Positions 9,622 through 18,696 of a DNA stretch of 64,000 nucleotides are shown here, piece after piece. Origin of the DNA: a virus; IMG/VR virus record IMGVR_UViG_3300024294_000597, one strand, 5' to 3'. The notes under the pieces are model-generated. The model ran no database searches. It was not told the DNA's origin and saw only the letters and a list, made by a program, of their open reading frames with translations. A program made the translations under genes and the position numbers. The number at the start of each line of letters is the position of its first letter. Position 1 is the stretch's first letter.

Positions 9622-10689
9622 TCTGTATTTATGCAATTCTTTAACTAAATTATCAACAGAGTAAAAGTTTCTTACATTTTCAATTTCTTTTGACATTGCA
9701 TCTTCCATGTCAGAGTTTTTATTCATTAAGATACGAATATGTGTCTTAATTTGTTCTATGTTTTCTTTTACTGCATCTAAACTAGTTGTCCATTCGCTAG
9801 GATATTTGAACGTATCAGACCACATTTCTGTATATGATAGTCTATCTGGTACCAATGGGATAGCACCAACTACAAGTCCTTCAAATACAGATATACCTAA
9901 AGTTTCTTGTAAGTTAGCACTAAACACCATCTTTGCCTTACCAAGCATCGTGTGGTATTCTTCTTTCGATAAATTAAGTTCTTGACACTTCACCCAATTA
10001 TACTCGGGCATTTGCTCTGCAAGATAGTCAAAAACTTCTGGTTGCTTTTCAGGCGCTAACCTGTGAGGAAATAAAATAGTATCCTCTTTTGCCATACCCT
10101 TATAGTCTGCTAAATCGCTTTCTATATATTCCATAGGCCAACCCACTTGTCGTATAGAGTGAAGGAGTTGCCGGTCGATATCCCTATCGTCTTCAAAAAA
10201 TGTCTGGGTAAAAAGGTCAATATGAAATCTAGTTGCAAAGAAGTTATCATCGAAACATTCATACATTGACATTTCAGCATTTCGAACCCATGGACGGTTC
10301 CCTATTAATCTACCTAAAAAGTCATGAGGGTCATACGAACCCGCATGCCACATACCCCCAATCCGGATATCAATACCCAACAGTTCAGCCATATATTTTA
10401 ATTGGATAACTGTTGGGTTCCAAGCATCAGTGTACAGAAAATAATCACCATCTTTAATTTTGCCTTCACAAAACAGTTGTGAAATTTTTGTAATCTGTGC
10501 CGCCTTGTAGATATTAGTACCACCGAAATTCAAAAAAGCACCGGGTGTAGTGGCTTCGGGAATGCCTGCACTAGGGCCGTCTATCACCGTCACATTCAGT
10601 CCGTTGTTTTTTAGAACAGTTGGGAAATGTGTCTTCCATTGCTTAGTGTAGCGGGATTCAACACTTTCCAAATCTACAAGATATATCAT
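9619..10689 (-). CDS. GT-B glycosyltransferase
   Basis: FPHRLAPEKQ and LQETLGISVFEG..VGAIPLVP (GT4-like E-x7-E). Confidence 0.8.
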   Translation of the reverse strand: MIYLVDLESVESRYTKQWKTHFPTVLKNNGLNVTVIDGPSAGIPEATTPGAFLNFGGTNIYKAAQITKISQLFCEGKIKDGDYFLYTDAWNPTVIQLKYMAELLGIDIRIGGMWHAGSYDPHDFLGRLIGNRPWVRNAEMSMYECFDDNFFATRFHIDLFTQTFFEDDRDIDRQLLHSIRQVGWPMEYIESDLADYKGMAKEDTILFPHRLAPEKQPEVFDYLAEQMPEYNWVKCQELNLSKEEYHTMLGKAKMVFSANLQETLGISVFEGLVVGAIPLVPDRLSYTEMWSDTFKYPSEWTTSLDAVKENIEQIKTHIRILMNKNSDMEDAMSKEIENVRNFYSVDNLVKELHKYR

Positions 10690-10692
10690 TCG

Positions 10693-11259
10693 TTACTCCT
10701 TTAGGATACTATAAACTTCGTACCCTTGAGATTTTAGTTTAGCAGAACCACCTAAGAAAGTCAAGTCCATAATACTTGCTATTCCTATAGTCTCTCCGCC
10801 TAGTCGTGTAATCAATGACGTTACTGCTTCCAGTGTTCCACCGGTTGCAATAACATCATCAAGTACTAAAACACGGTCGCCGTCTAACACTGAATCAGAT
10901 TGTAGGTGTAGTTCGTCTGTACCGTATTCAAGTTCGTATTCTGTAAAAATAGTTTCGCCTGGTAGTTTACCTTTTTTTCTTGCCATCGCAAATGGTCTAT
11001 GCATTTCTGCACTAAGGGCTCCTGCTAATGGGAATCCACGTGCATCTAATCCAACTATGCGATTGTAGTTATATGCAATTTCTGTTTCATATAACCAATC
11101 CTGAATGAGTGACATTACCTTAGATAGTCCTTGTGGCGTATTAAAAATACTTGCCATATCTTGGTACATAATACCAGGTTTAGGATGATCCGGTATAACT
11201 CGGACCATATCCTGTATATCCTGTGTTATTAATTCTCTGTAATCAGGTGTCATACTCAA
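10693..11259 (-). CDS. apt: Adenine phosphoribosyltransferase-like
   Basis: PDHPKPGI, GLDARGF, RKKGKLPG, YELEYG and VLDDVIATGGT (PRPP motif). Confidence 0.88.
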   Translation of the reverse strand: MSMTPDYRELITQDIQDMVRVIPDHPKPGIMYQDMASIFNTPQGLSKVMSLIQDWLYETEIAYNYNRIVGLDARGFPLAGALSAEMHRPFAMARKKGKLPGETIFTEYELEYGTDELHLQSDSVLDGDRVLVLDDVIATGGTLEAVTSLITRLGGETIGIASIMDLTFLGGSAKLKSQGYEVYSILKE

Positions 11260-11704
11260 TCAACGCCCCATTTTCTCCGTCTTCGGATACTTCAATTTTA
11301 ACACTACGATTAGGATATTTCTCTGCAATCTTATCGAACAAATCATCACTCATCATTTCACATGACTTGTAATCTAGTTCTAAAGTTTTCTCTGCATATA
11401 GCTTCTCTAACCAACGTTTAAATTGGATAAACTCAATATCCCTGTCGTTGTGCGTGACTGTAATTGCTACACGAAAATGAAAGATATGTCGATGAGGATA
11501 TCCTAGAAAACTAACGTCATACTCATCGCCAGTTGCCAACGCAGGGTCATCAAGTGCCGCTGGATATTTGTGTATACCTTCTTTCTGAAACGTAACCCAA
11601 ATCCATCTTGTTGCATTCTGTTTTTGTTTTTTAATATCGTCTGCCATATTTGCCTTTCTACTTTCGTCTAACATAAAGTCGTAATAACCTTTTCTATTGG
11701 TCAT
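11243..11704 (-). CDS. QueD-like 6-carboxytetrahydropterin synthase (T-fold)
   Basis: EGIH...HRHIFHFRV metal His cluster, DIEFIQFK, SCEM, VEVSED; lies among folE, queE and the TGT-like gene. Confidence 0.65.
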   Translation of the reverse strand: MTNRKGYYDFMLDESRKANMADDIKKQKQNATRWIWVTFQKEGIHKYPAALDDPALATGDEYDVSFLGYPHRHIFHFRVAITVTHNDRDIEFIQFKRWLEKLYAEKTLELDYKSCEMMSDDLFDKIAEKYPNRSVKIEVSEDGENGALIEYDT

Positions 11705-11897
11705 CTAGTTGCTCTTGTTCTTTTTCAAGTGCTACAATTTCTTCTTTAATTCTCATCTTTTCTACTTTCTTAACCTGAACATCTTGATACTTATTATAAT
11801 CTTTTGTAATCTGATTGTCAAGTGCCCGATGTACCTCTCTGAGTTTTTCTAATCGGCGTCCTTTCTTTTTAGCGAATGCTCTTTGTCCTTTTGCCAT
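11694..11897 (-). CDS. Small coiled-coil protein (DUF465/YdcH-like)
   Basis: ATG at 11897 after GGAGG; LEKLREVHRALDNQI...KVEKMRIKEEI. Confidence 0.6.
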   Translation of the reverse strand: MAKGQRAFAKKKGRRLEKLREVHRALDNQITKDYNKYQDVQVKKVEKMRIKEEIVALEKEQEQLDDQ

Positions 11898-11916
11898 TAT
11901 TTCCTCCTTGGTTGAA

Positions 11917-13458
11917 TTAGCTAAACAAGTCTGAAACAGTATCAGGTGTATCATACTCTTTACGTTTACCTTTGACTGCTTCCACAAACTCATCTGTCTT
12001 TGTATTTGCATCTTCGAACTCCATAAAATCTGGAGTTGTAGATATATTTTGAACACGTGATCCTTGACATTTGCGTAAAAATGCTTTGAAGTCTGATAAC
12101 ATGTTCATTGGATCATCTGATACAAATAATTCTTCAACAAATTTTGCAAAATACAATACTGTATCAGGCACAACATCACTTAACACATTAGTTTTGCCTA
12201 AGTTCATGTTGTGTATATCAATCTTATCATGTAACATTTCATATTCATGGTCAAATCTACGTAATGCATCTTGCATACCTTTGATATGATACTCTGTGTT
12301 ATGTGCTTGAATTAATATATAAGATAGACTATCCCAACTTGATTTGGCTTCTTTTTTGTTTCTATTCAACATGCCTGGTTGCATGTAATTGATATCTCTC
12401 ATATTAAGTCGAGAACCAATTTCCCCATCATACATCCAAGGTTGATCCGGATTAGAAATATCTTGTCTCCAGTTCAACTTCTTAGTCTTGTAAGACCAAG
12501 CGTTTCCATTCAAGTCGGGATAATCATATGCTAAACCTTTAGATGCAGTTATATATGGAGAAGCCGCATCAAAAGATATAGTGATATTTGGATTAACATG
12601 TTTTCGTAGTTGTCTCTGTATAGCAGTTAAGAAACAACCCCACGGGAGAACACTAATGCCTAGTGTATGTATCCAAACATCGTCACCTGCTAACATACCA
12701 TCATCACGCATTGTGATTAATCGTCTTAGCAGAAGTTCTGCATCACCGGCATGGTCGCCAGCCATAGCCCAACCTTCAAATGCTCTATCACCATATACTT
12801 TTGGGTCATTGAACTTTTTGACTGCTTGGTACCATTTCTCGCTTGTTTCCCAATTAGCACCATGTAGTGTATTGAGAAATTTAGTCTTACCGGGAATACG
12901 ATTGTCGATAAAAAATTGATGATTAAAGATTGTCTTTTCTAAACATTCATCTGCTGTTTTAAGACCTGTCTTATCACGATACTGCGGAAGATATCCCCAC
13001 ATAGGAATATCAAGTGTCATACTATAATCACAGTATTCTTCTAACCATGTCATAATACTACAACGTGTCTTTTGCCAATCTGCACCAGTTTCGAAATTAC
13101 TCCAGTCTAGCTTCCAAGCACCACTACCAATTTGATAGCCGCCTGAATCACCTACTAATACTGTGTTTTCTCTATCACGGTTAACGACCATACCATCATC
13201 AATTTTAGAACCTTCTAAATCAAGATTGGCATGCCCTGCGGAGTAAAGACCATGAGCGTAATGTACATAGCCTTTATCTTTATCCAAGATATTTAATCCA
13301 TCTAACCCGTGTTCAAATCCTTTAGGGATACGTTCTGGTGGGAACATATCTGTCTTGTCCGCATAATGCTGAGAGATTTTGCGAACATAGAAATTTGAAA
13401 TAGCCGGCAAAAAGATTGCATAACCGGAACTTAGATTATTTTTACCTAAGTCTTTCAC
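11917..13458 (-). CDS. TGT-fold transglycosylase (DpdA-like)
   Basis: GDSGGYQ, MTLDIP, NTLHG, GWAMAG, HTLG and SFDAAS motifs; GTG start; preQ-pathway neighbours. Confidence 0.75.
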   Translation of the reverse strand: MKDLGKNNLSSGYAIFLPAISNFYVRKISQHYADKTDMFPPERIPKGFEHGLDGLNILDKDKGYVHYAHGLYSAGHANLDLEGSKIDDGMVVNRDRENTVLVGDSGGYQIGSGAWKLDWSNFETGADWQKTRCSIMTWLEEYCDYSMTLDIPMWGYLPQYRDKTGLKTADECLEKTIFNHQFFIDNRIPGKTKFLNTLHGANWETSEKWYQAVKKFNDPKVYGDRAFEGWAMAGDHAGDAELLLRRLITMRDDGMLAGDDVWIHTLGISVLPWGCFLTAIQRQLRKHVNPNITISFDAASPYITASKGLAYDYPDLNGNAWSYKTKKLNWRQDISNPDQPWMYDGEIGSRLNMRDINYMQPGMLNRNKKEAKSSWDSLSYILIQAHNTEYHIKGMQDALRRFDHEYEMLHDKIDIHNMNLGKTNVLSDVVPDTVLYFAKFVEELFVSDDPMNMLSDFKAFLRKCQGSRVQNISTTPDFMEFEDANTKTDEFVEAVKGKRKEYDTPDTVSDLFS

Positions 13459-13461
13459 GCT

Positions 13462-14217
13462 TTAATTACCTGATTTAGCTGGTAAGATGTATTCGTATAG
13501 ACCTAATCCGCTATCTACTTGAATCATCATTGCACCTTGGTCTGAGATTTTAACACTCATTGTGCTAGTATCACCAAGTTTCAAAATTGTAAGTACAGTC
13601 GATAGAGGGAAACTCCAACCAGTGTTTAGTTCACCGTTAACATTCTGTGCGAATGGAAGTTCTACTCTGTCTGTTGAACGGTCACCGATAAAGAATTTCA
13701 GTACACCGTCTACTGTCTTAACAGTAAAGAGTGGATCAAATGCTCCTAGAATACCTGCAAAGTATTGTAAGTCTTTGATTGCTTTTTGTGTTGGCATAAC
13801 TTCAACGTCCCATTTGGCACCTTTAAAGTTTGCTGTTTTAATCTGTGCATCAACAAGTTCACTTACGATTACACGATAAGTTGATTGCATTGCACCTTCG
13901 ATTGAGAATGATAGTTGTGTAGGGACCATTTCGCCATTGCGTTCCTCATGTCCAACTTCTACACCGGCTTTAACTGATTTACCTTCTCTATCTTCACCTT
14001 CATAGTTTAGATAACCGTTGAGTACGCCTAGTCTACCAAGACCAAACTTGCCTTTGAATTCGTTAACTGGTGTATGTAGTTTGCCTCGTAACACCACTGT
14101 TCTATCGTCATCCATAGCATCAATCGTTGTACCAGTATCATCTGTAGTGACTTTAGCCGCTTGAATGATACCTAACGAATGAGTATGCTTAACAATATCC
14201 TTTAAAATATCCTGCAT
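13462..14217 (-). CDS. Sliding clamp (gp45-like)
   Basis: 251 aa, beta-rich, C-terminal GLYEYILPA; close to the DNA polymerase gene. Confidence 0.7.
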   Translation of the reverse strand: MQDILKDIVKHTHSLGIIQAAKVTTDDTGTTIDAMDDDRTVVLRGKLHTPVNEFKGKFGLGRLGVLNGYLNYEGEDREGKSVKAGVEVGHEERNGEMVPTQLSFSIEGAMQSTYRVIVSELVDAQIKTANFKGAKWDVEVMPTQKAIKDLQYFAGILGAFDPLFTVKTVDGVLKFFIGDRSTDRVELPFAQNVNGELNTGWSFPLSTVLTILKLGDTSTMSVKISDQGAMMIQVDSGLGLYEYILPAKSGN

Positions 14218-14246
14218 TTTCTTTCTCCTTATGGTTTATTAATACT

Positions 14247-14275
14247 ATATTAACACTATTTGCTATCAATGTCAA
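14247..14275 (-). promoter_or_regulatory. sigma70-type promoter for the clamp-TGT operon
   Basis: TTGACA-N17-TAATAT. Confidence 0.6.
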
Positions 14276-14801
14276 TACCCTTTTTAGTTTTTCCTGCTAC
14301 TGGATTATCTACCCAATGTATTTGGTTTGGAGGCATAAAACCCCATATAAACCAAGCATTACCGAATGTAGGCGAACCTTTTCCAGTAAAATCAATACGA
14401 TAATTATACACAAGTGCGGACATTCCTTTGTCCATAAACATCTTCCCTCGTCTTGCTCCCTGAAAACTTGTCACGGGAAGTAACAAAGCAAACGGCTTAT
14501 CTAATGCATAACAATGCTCTAAGAATTGGTCTTTCTTGCTATACGGTGGATTAGTTATAATGCCATCATAGACATCACTCCGTGTACAATCAAAGAAATC
14601 CCTACCATCAGACCCAACAATATTATAACCGTATTTGTTGAATCCGGAAACAATGCTACCGCTTTTTTCACTAGTCGCTTCATAATAAGTCTTATCCTTA
14701 TCTAAATATTTTAGCAGAGGAAGTATTTGATCCTCTGGTGTATAGCATTCATCAGACGCTTCATTAGTCGCTCTACGATTAATTAAGTCAGTATATGACA
14801 T
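14256..14801 (-). CDS. Small N6-adenine/amino methyltransferase
   Basis: DECYTP, DFF and ITNPPYS motifs. Confidence 0.75.
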   Translation of the reverse strand: MSYTDLINRRATNEASDECYTPEDQILPLLKYLDKDKTYYEATSEKSGSIVSGFNKYGYNIVGSDGRDFFDCTRSDVYDGIITNPPYSKKDQFLEHCYALDKPFALLLPVTSFQGARRGKMFMDKGMSALVYNYRIDFTGKGSPTFGNAWFIWGFMPPNQIHWVDNPVAGKTKKGIDIDSK

Positions 14802-15553
14802 TATTTTATTCTCTCCAATTTAGGTGCAATAAAATCTCTTATCATTTCTTCATTAGTTTCATCATTGAAATGATTACCATCGCATGTAATATCTTTATCG
14901 GCATACTTCTTTGTATAATACTCATGTGCATTTGTACCATCAAAGTCTATATACAATGATTTCTGTAGCATTGATTCAAATCCAGGATAGTTATAGAAGT
15001 CCCACGATTTGTGCCATGTTACAACCTTTATATCTAATAGTTTGCATAATTTAATTGCCTGATACACATCTAACATGCCCCAAAACTCTGGTGACATATG
15101 ATTTGCCGCCATCTGTTCTTGTGTTTCTTTCCAATGCTGAAAAGTTTTTCTAGTTTTTGCAAACCATTCTTCTTCCATATCTTGCGTTAATGCTCTCATA
15201 AATTCATATATCGATGCAGAATCTTTATAAACATCATCTTCGATGATAGACATATCAGTGACATGTTTTATCTTTAGATAAGGTTCTGTAAGACATTTAA
15301 AGTTTAATTCTGACCTATTGTTTACTAACTCCATTAACAGAATATCAATGTTATATTTTTCTTTTAAGTATACAATCTTATTTAGGTAAAGTTCTGTGCC
15401 CTTGCTAGAACATGCTGAATTAACAAACGACATGTTTGTTGTATATTTCTCTAGCCATGTTTCAAATGGCAATGCTAAATTGTTTTCTCCGGTCTCTTTG
15501 TTATGGTGACAACCTACACTATAACTAGACCCTACTATTCCTACATTGTGCAT
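14801..15553 (-). CDS. SGNH/GDSL-like protein
   Basis: GSSYS block I and DGNH block V; probable start MHNVG at 15553. Confidence 0.5.
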   Translation of the reverse strand: MHNVGIVGSSYSVGCHHNKETGENNLALPFETWLEKYTTNMSFVNSACSSKGTELYLNKIVYLKEKYNIDILLMELVNNRSELNFKCLTEPYLKIKHVTDMSIIEDDVYKDSASIYEFMRALTQDMEEEWFAKTRKTFQHWKETQEQMAANHMSPEFWGMLDVYQAIKLCKLLDIKVVTWHKSWDFYNYPGFESMLQKSLYIDFDGTNAHEYYTKKYADKDITCDGNHFNDETNEEMIRDFIAPKLERIK

Positions 15554-15554
15554 A

Positions 15555-18350
15555 TCAAAAATCAAACAGATTGGTGAATTGCTCAGACGCATCAGCATCA
15601 CTTAAGTCCCACTTAAGAACACCAATAAGATTATCTAGTTTCTTATCAATAATTGTTGATTCCATTAAATCATCATCAAAAGGAAGTTCTTGAAACCATT
15701 CAGGAATACGCTTTTCATCAATTGGAATTGCAACACTTGTCATTTTTAAAGCGTTTGGTTTAAGTTTACATACAATAGTCTTCATACCATCGGTAATTTC
15801 AACAGAATATTTGTCACCATGTAATTCACGTAGTGTATTCCAATTCAAAGCCGCACTAACATGTCCCGGCAAGTGTACTTTATCTTTTTTGCTATTATTT
15901 CCCTCTAGTTTGAAATCTTTGCCTTGTTGCTTTGCAATCTTTTTTACTTTATTTCTATACATAGTAAGATTATTAACACGTTTAGGAGTACCTTTCTCCC
16001 AACCAGGCTTTGCTCTGAATTCTTTCTTAAATATCTTAACCATATCGATTACGTTTTGTTCTGTACCGTCTGTTAGAATTGTAACAAGAACATCACTCAA
16101 AAAGTTCTGCATATAATCAGGAGTATCACTACGTTTTAAATCGAGACCCATAGCTTTTACTTTACCAGGTTTACCATCTACGTCTTTTCTTACGCCTTCA
16201 TCATCAAAGATAAGCATTGCGTATCGTTTCTTCTTAATGAAGATACCCATAGTTGCACAGTTCTCTCGACCCGCCGCAATAATCTCACCTTGTTTGCGTG
16301 GAGCATTAAAGAAGTCTTTCATAAAGTCAGGGAAACTTGCATTGACTTGATTTGCAATTTCATCGTACAGTTCAATAACTTTTTCTTTAGTCCATTCAAT
16401 CTTACCTGCATCAATGTCTTCCTTGTAAACAGGATACATAGAATAATAGATACTATCTGTATCACCATAGATAATGGACTCGCCTTTGTAATCATAAGTA
16501 CCAGCGATTACTTCATTAGTTTTAGCACCCATGTGTCTTGTAATACAACGACCAGATAGAGTTGTACTTTGACCAATACGTTTGTCATAAAATCTACAAC
16601 CAGCGTTCAAAATCGCACCATACAAACTGTTCAAGTTAATCTTCTTAACTAGCTGTCGTTTATCCCAAAATGTAATAGCTTCTTTGTCGCCATCTTCAAT
16701 AGCTTTTTTCTTGTTTGCTTGTAGTATCTTACGTTCAGCATACCAACGTTCTAATAAACTAGGAATGATACCTTGTACGTCTTGTTTTAGAATTGTACCA
16801 TTGGCAGTAATTGCCCATTGCAAGTCACTTTGAAATACTAAGTTGTGTATCTCTGCGCCTGTCATTTCATTTCGAACATCTTTATTATCTTCTAATACAA
16901 GATTAATCTTTTCTGTTTTATCTTTTTCATTAACAAGTCTAAATTCTTCTGCACTAAACGTATCTTCCCAAGCCTGCGCCGCACCAAAGCCTTTACCGCC
17001 ACCTCGTCTACCATTAGCAATTCTATCACCAATCATTTTTTCTGTTAGAGTTGGTTCGAGTTGTGCAACAATAGTTTCTGGAGACATATTTAATGCACGA
17101 ATAATAGATGGATAGAGTGAGTTAATATCAATACCTGATACCCATCGTTGAATTCCAGTCTTTGGATCTGCAACAAAGGCGCCCGCGGCTTTCTGTTTCT
17201 CTGCCGCTTCTAACTCTGCGTCAGTGGGTTCAATATCTTCTTCTGTCCAGTCACGCTTCTTTCTATCTGGAACAACCATACCTCGTCTATGTGCTTCATT
17301 AATGATTGCTTGTTCTGTAACTGCAACTGCACCCATAGTTGTTTTGATATTAACTGTATTGTCGTGTGCAATTTCATTTGCTAAATCAATAAATTGTAGC
17401 TTCTTATCCATTTCACCAAGAAGTGCAACGTCCTGTCTGTTGTATTCAACAAACTTATAGAAGTCTCTGTTATACAATTGGTCTAGTGTGCCTTCATATG
17501 CAATTTTCTTTTCACCAAGTTCGTATTCGCCGATAGCATCAAGTGAGTACGAATGCATTTCGTGGTATGTATACTTACGATAAAGTTCAAGATAGTCTAG
17601 GTGAATTCGCCCTGACAAATCATATGTAATTTGTTCTCTGCCATATTTGACTACTTTTCTTTCATGCGGAAGCAAGTCCCATAAACACAGTTTGCGTGTA
17701 TGTGATTTACTCATCATGCGAGTAATACGTCTAACTGTATATGGAATATCAAAACCTTCTGAGTTCCAACCTGATAAAACATCTGCATCATCAATCAATG
17801 CAATGAAATCATTTAACATATCTACTTCATCAAGATATAAAAATGTATCATCAAATTGATTACAAATGCGTTCTGCTTCTTCAAGTCCTTCTCCCTCTTG
17901 CATATGTTTAGGAGGGATAGCGAATGTTACAAGTTTATCTAACCACTGTAGATAAACAGTGATTGCAGTGATAGGCATAAAGGGATCCTCTGGTGGAGCA
18001 AATCCCTTATCTGCATCAAAGTCTACTTCGATATCAAAAAAAGCAGTATGTAGCTTTGGAGAATCTACACCGTTGTAGTTCTCACTTAAGCATCTTACTT
18101 CTGGTTTGATATCGCTTTCGTATAGTGACTTACCTGCATTTATTCTTCGTTCTTTGTGTAGGTCTTTGAGCCGTTTACACTTTACTTCACGGACTTTATC
18201 TCCGTGAATACTTAAGTGTTGTCCTCGAGGATCTTTCACATAGAAAGTTCGCCATGCAGGGAAATCGTTATAGACACGTTTTCCATCGACACGTTCTATT
18301 ACTTGAACAATGTCTTTATCTCTATTGTAATAAGCGTCTACATAACTCAT
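15555..18350 (-). CDS. Family B DNA polymerase (gp43-like)
   Basis: FFDIE exonuclease motif; DINSLYPS, KINLNSLYG, YGDTDS, KKRY. Confidence 0.97.
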   Translation of the reverse strand: MSYVDAYYNRDKDIVQVIERVDGKRVYNDFPAWRTFYVKDPRGQHLSIHGDKVREVKCKRLKDLHKERRINAGKSLYESDIKPEVRCLSENYNGVDSPKLHTAFFDIEVDFDADKGFAPPEDPFMPITAITVYLQWLDKLVTFAIPPKHMQEGEGLEEAERICNQFDDTFLYLDEVDMLNDFIALIDDADVLSGWNSEGFDIPYTVRRITRMMSKSHTRKLCLWDLLPHERKVVKYGREQITYDLSGRIHLDYLELYRKYTYHEMHSYSLDAIGEYELGEKKIAYEGTLDQLYNRDFYKFVEYNRQDVALLGEMDKKLQFIDLANEIAHDNTVNIKTTMGAVAVTEQAIINEAHRRGMVVPDRKKRDWTEEDIEPTDAELEAAEKQKAAGAFVADPKTGIQRWVSGIDINSLYPSIIRALNMSPETIVAQLEPTLTEKMIGDRIANGRRGGGKGFGAAQAWEDTFSAEEFRLVNEKDKTEKINLVLEDNKDVRNEMTGAEIHNLVFQSDLQWAITANGTILKQDVQGIIPSLLERWYAERKILQANKKKAIEDGDKEAITFWDKRQLVKKINLNSLYGAILNAGCRFYDKRIGQSTTLSGRCITRHMGAKTNEVIAGTYDYKGESIIYGDTDSIYYSMYPVYKEDIDAGKIEWTKEKVIELYDEIANQVNASFPDFMKDFFNAPRKQGEIIAAGRENCATMGIFIKKKRYAMLIFDDEGVRKDVDGKPGKVKAMGLDLKRSDTPDYMQNFLSDVLVTILTDGTEQNVIDMVKIFKKEFRAKPGWEKGTPKRVNNLTMYRNKVKKIAKQQGKDFKLEGNNSKKDKVHLPGHVSAALNWNTLRELHGDKYSVEITDGMKTIVCKLKPNALKMTSVAIPIDEKRIPEWFQELPFDDDLMESTIIDKKLDNLIGVLKWDLSDADASEQFTNLFDF

Positions 18351-18611
18351 TTACAGGGTGCGTCCTACAGTCTCTAACACTTCTTCAACATCAGCAAAGT
18401 CTTGTTTTGCTTCTGTTAGTTTTGCCTTATGTGCTAGGCTAATCGCTTTATTTAGAACACCTGGTTTGATATCAAACTCATCTGCGATTGCTTTAACTGT
18501 ATCACGTAGACCACCTTTAAGGTCTTCACATTCCTGTAAAACTGAACAACCTTCATCCACGAGTTGTGTTAGTTTTGCTTTGTCTTCTGGACTTAATGTA
18601 TCGATTGACAT
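18351..18611 (-). CDS. dsDNA-binding protein (T4 DsbA/GapR-like)
   Basis: 86-aa helical protein with a LRDTVKAIADEFDIKPGVLNKAI pattern. Confidence 0.6.
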   Translation of the reverse strand: MSIDTLSPEDKAKLTQLVDEGCSVLQECEDLKGGLRDTVKAIADEFDIKPGVLNKAISLAHKAKLTEAKQDFADVEEVLETVGRTL

Positions 18612-18630
18612 ATAGTTGCCTCCTTAGGTT

Positions 18631-18664
18631 AAAAAAGAGCGCCCTATTTCTAGGACACTCTTTT
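18631..18664 (-). terminator. Intrinsic terminator
   Basis: AAGAGTGTCCTA-GAAA-TAGGGCGCTCTT then T-run. Confidence 0.75.
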
Positions 18665-18693
18665 ATAATACATTAAGTGACTACGAAAGTCAA
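18665..18693 (-). promoter_or_regulatory. sigma70-type promoter for dsbA-like/polymerase genes
   Basis: TTGACT-N17-TATTAT. Confidence 0.6.
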
Positions 18694-18696
18694 TAG

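Noticed and set aside
15555-18350. Intein or intron in the DNA polymerase
   Set aside because: The ORF is continuous and of normal length, with no splice or LAGLIDADG motifs.
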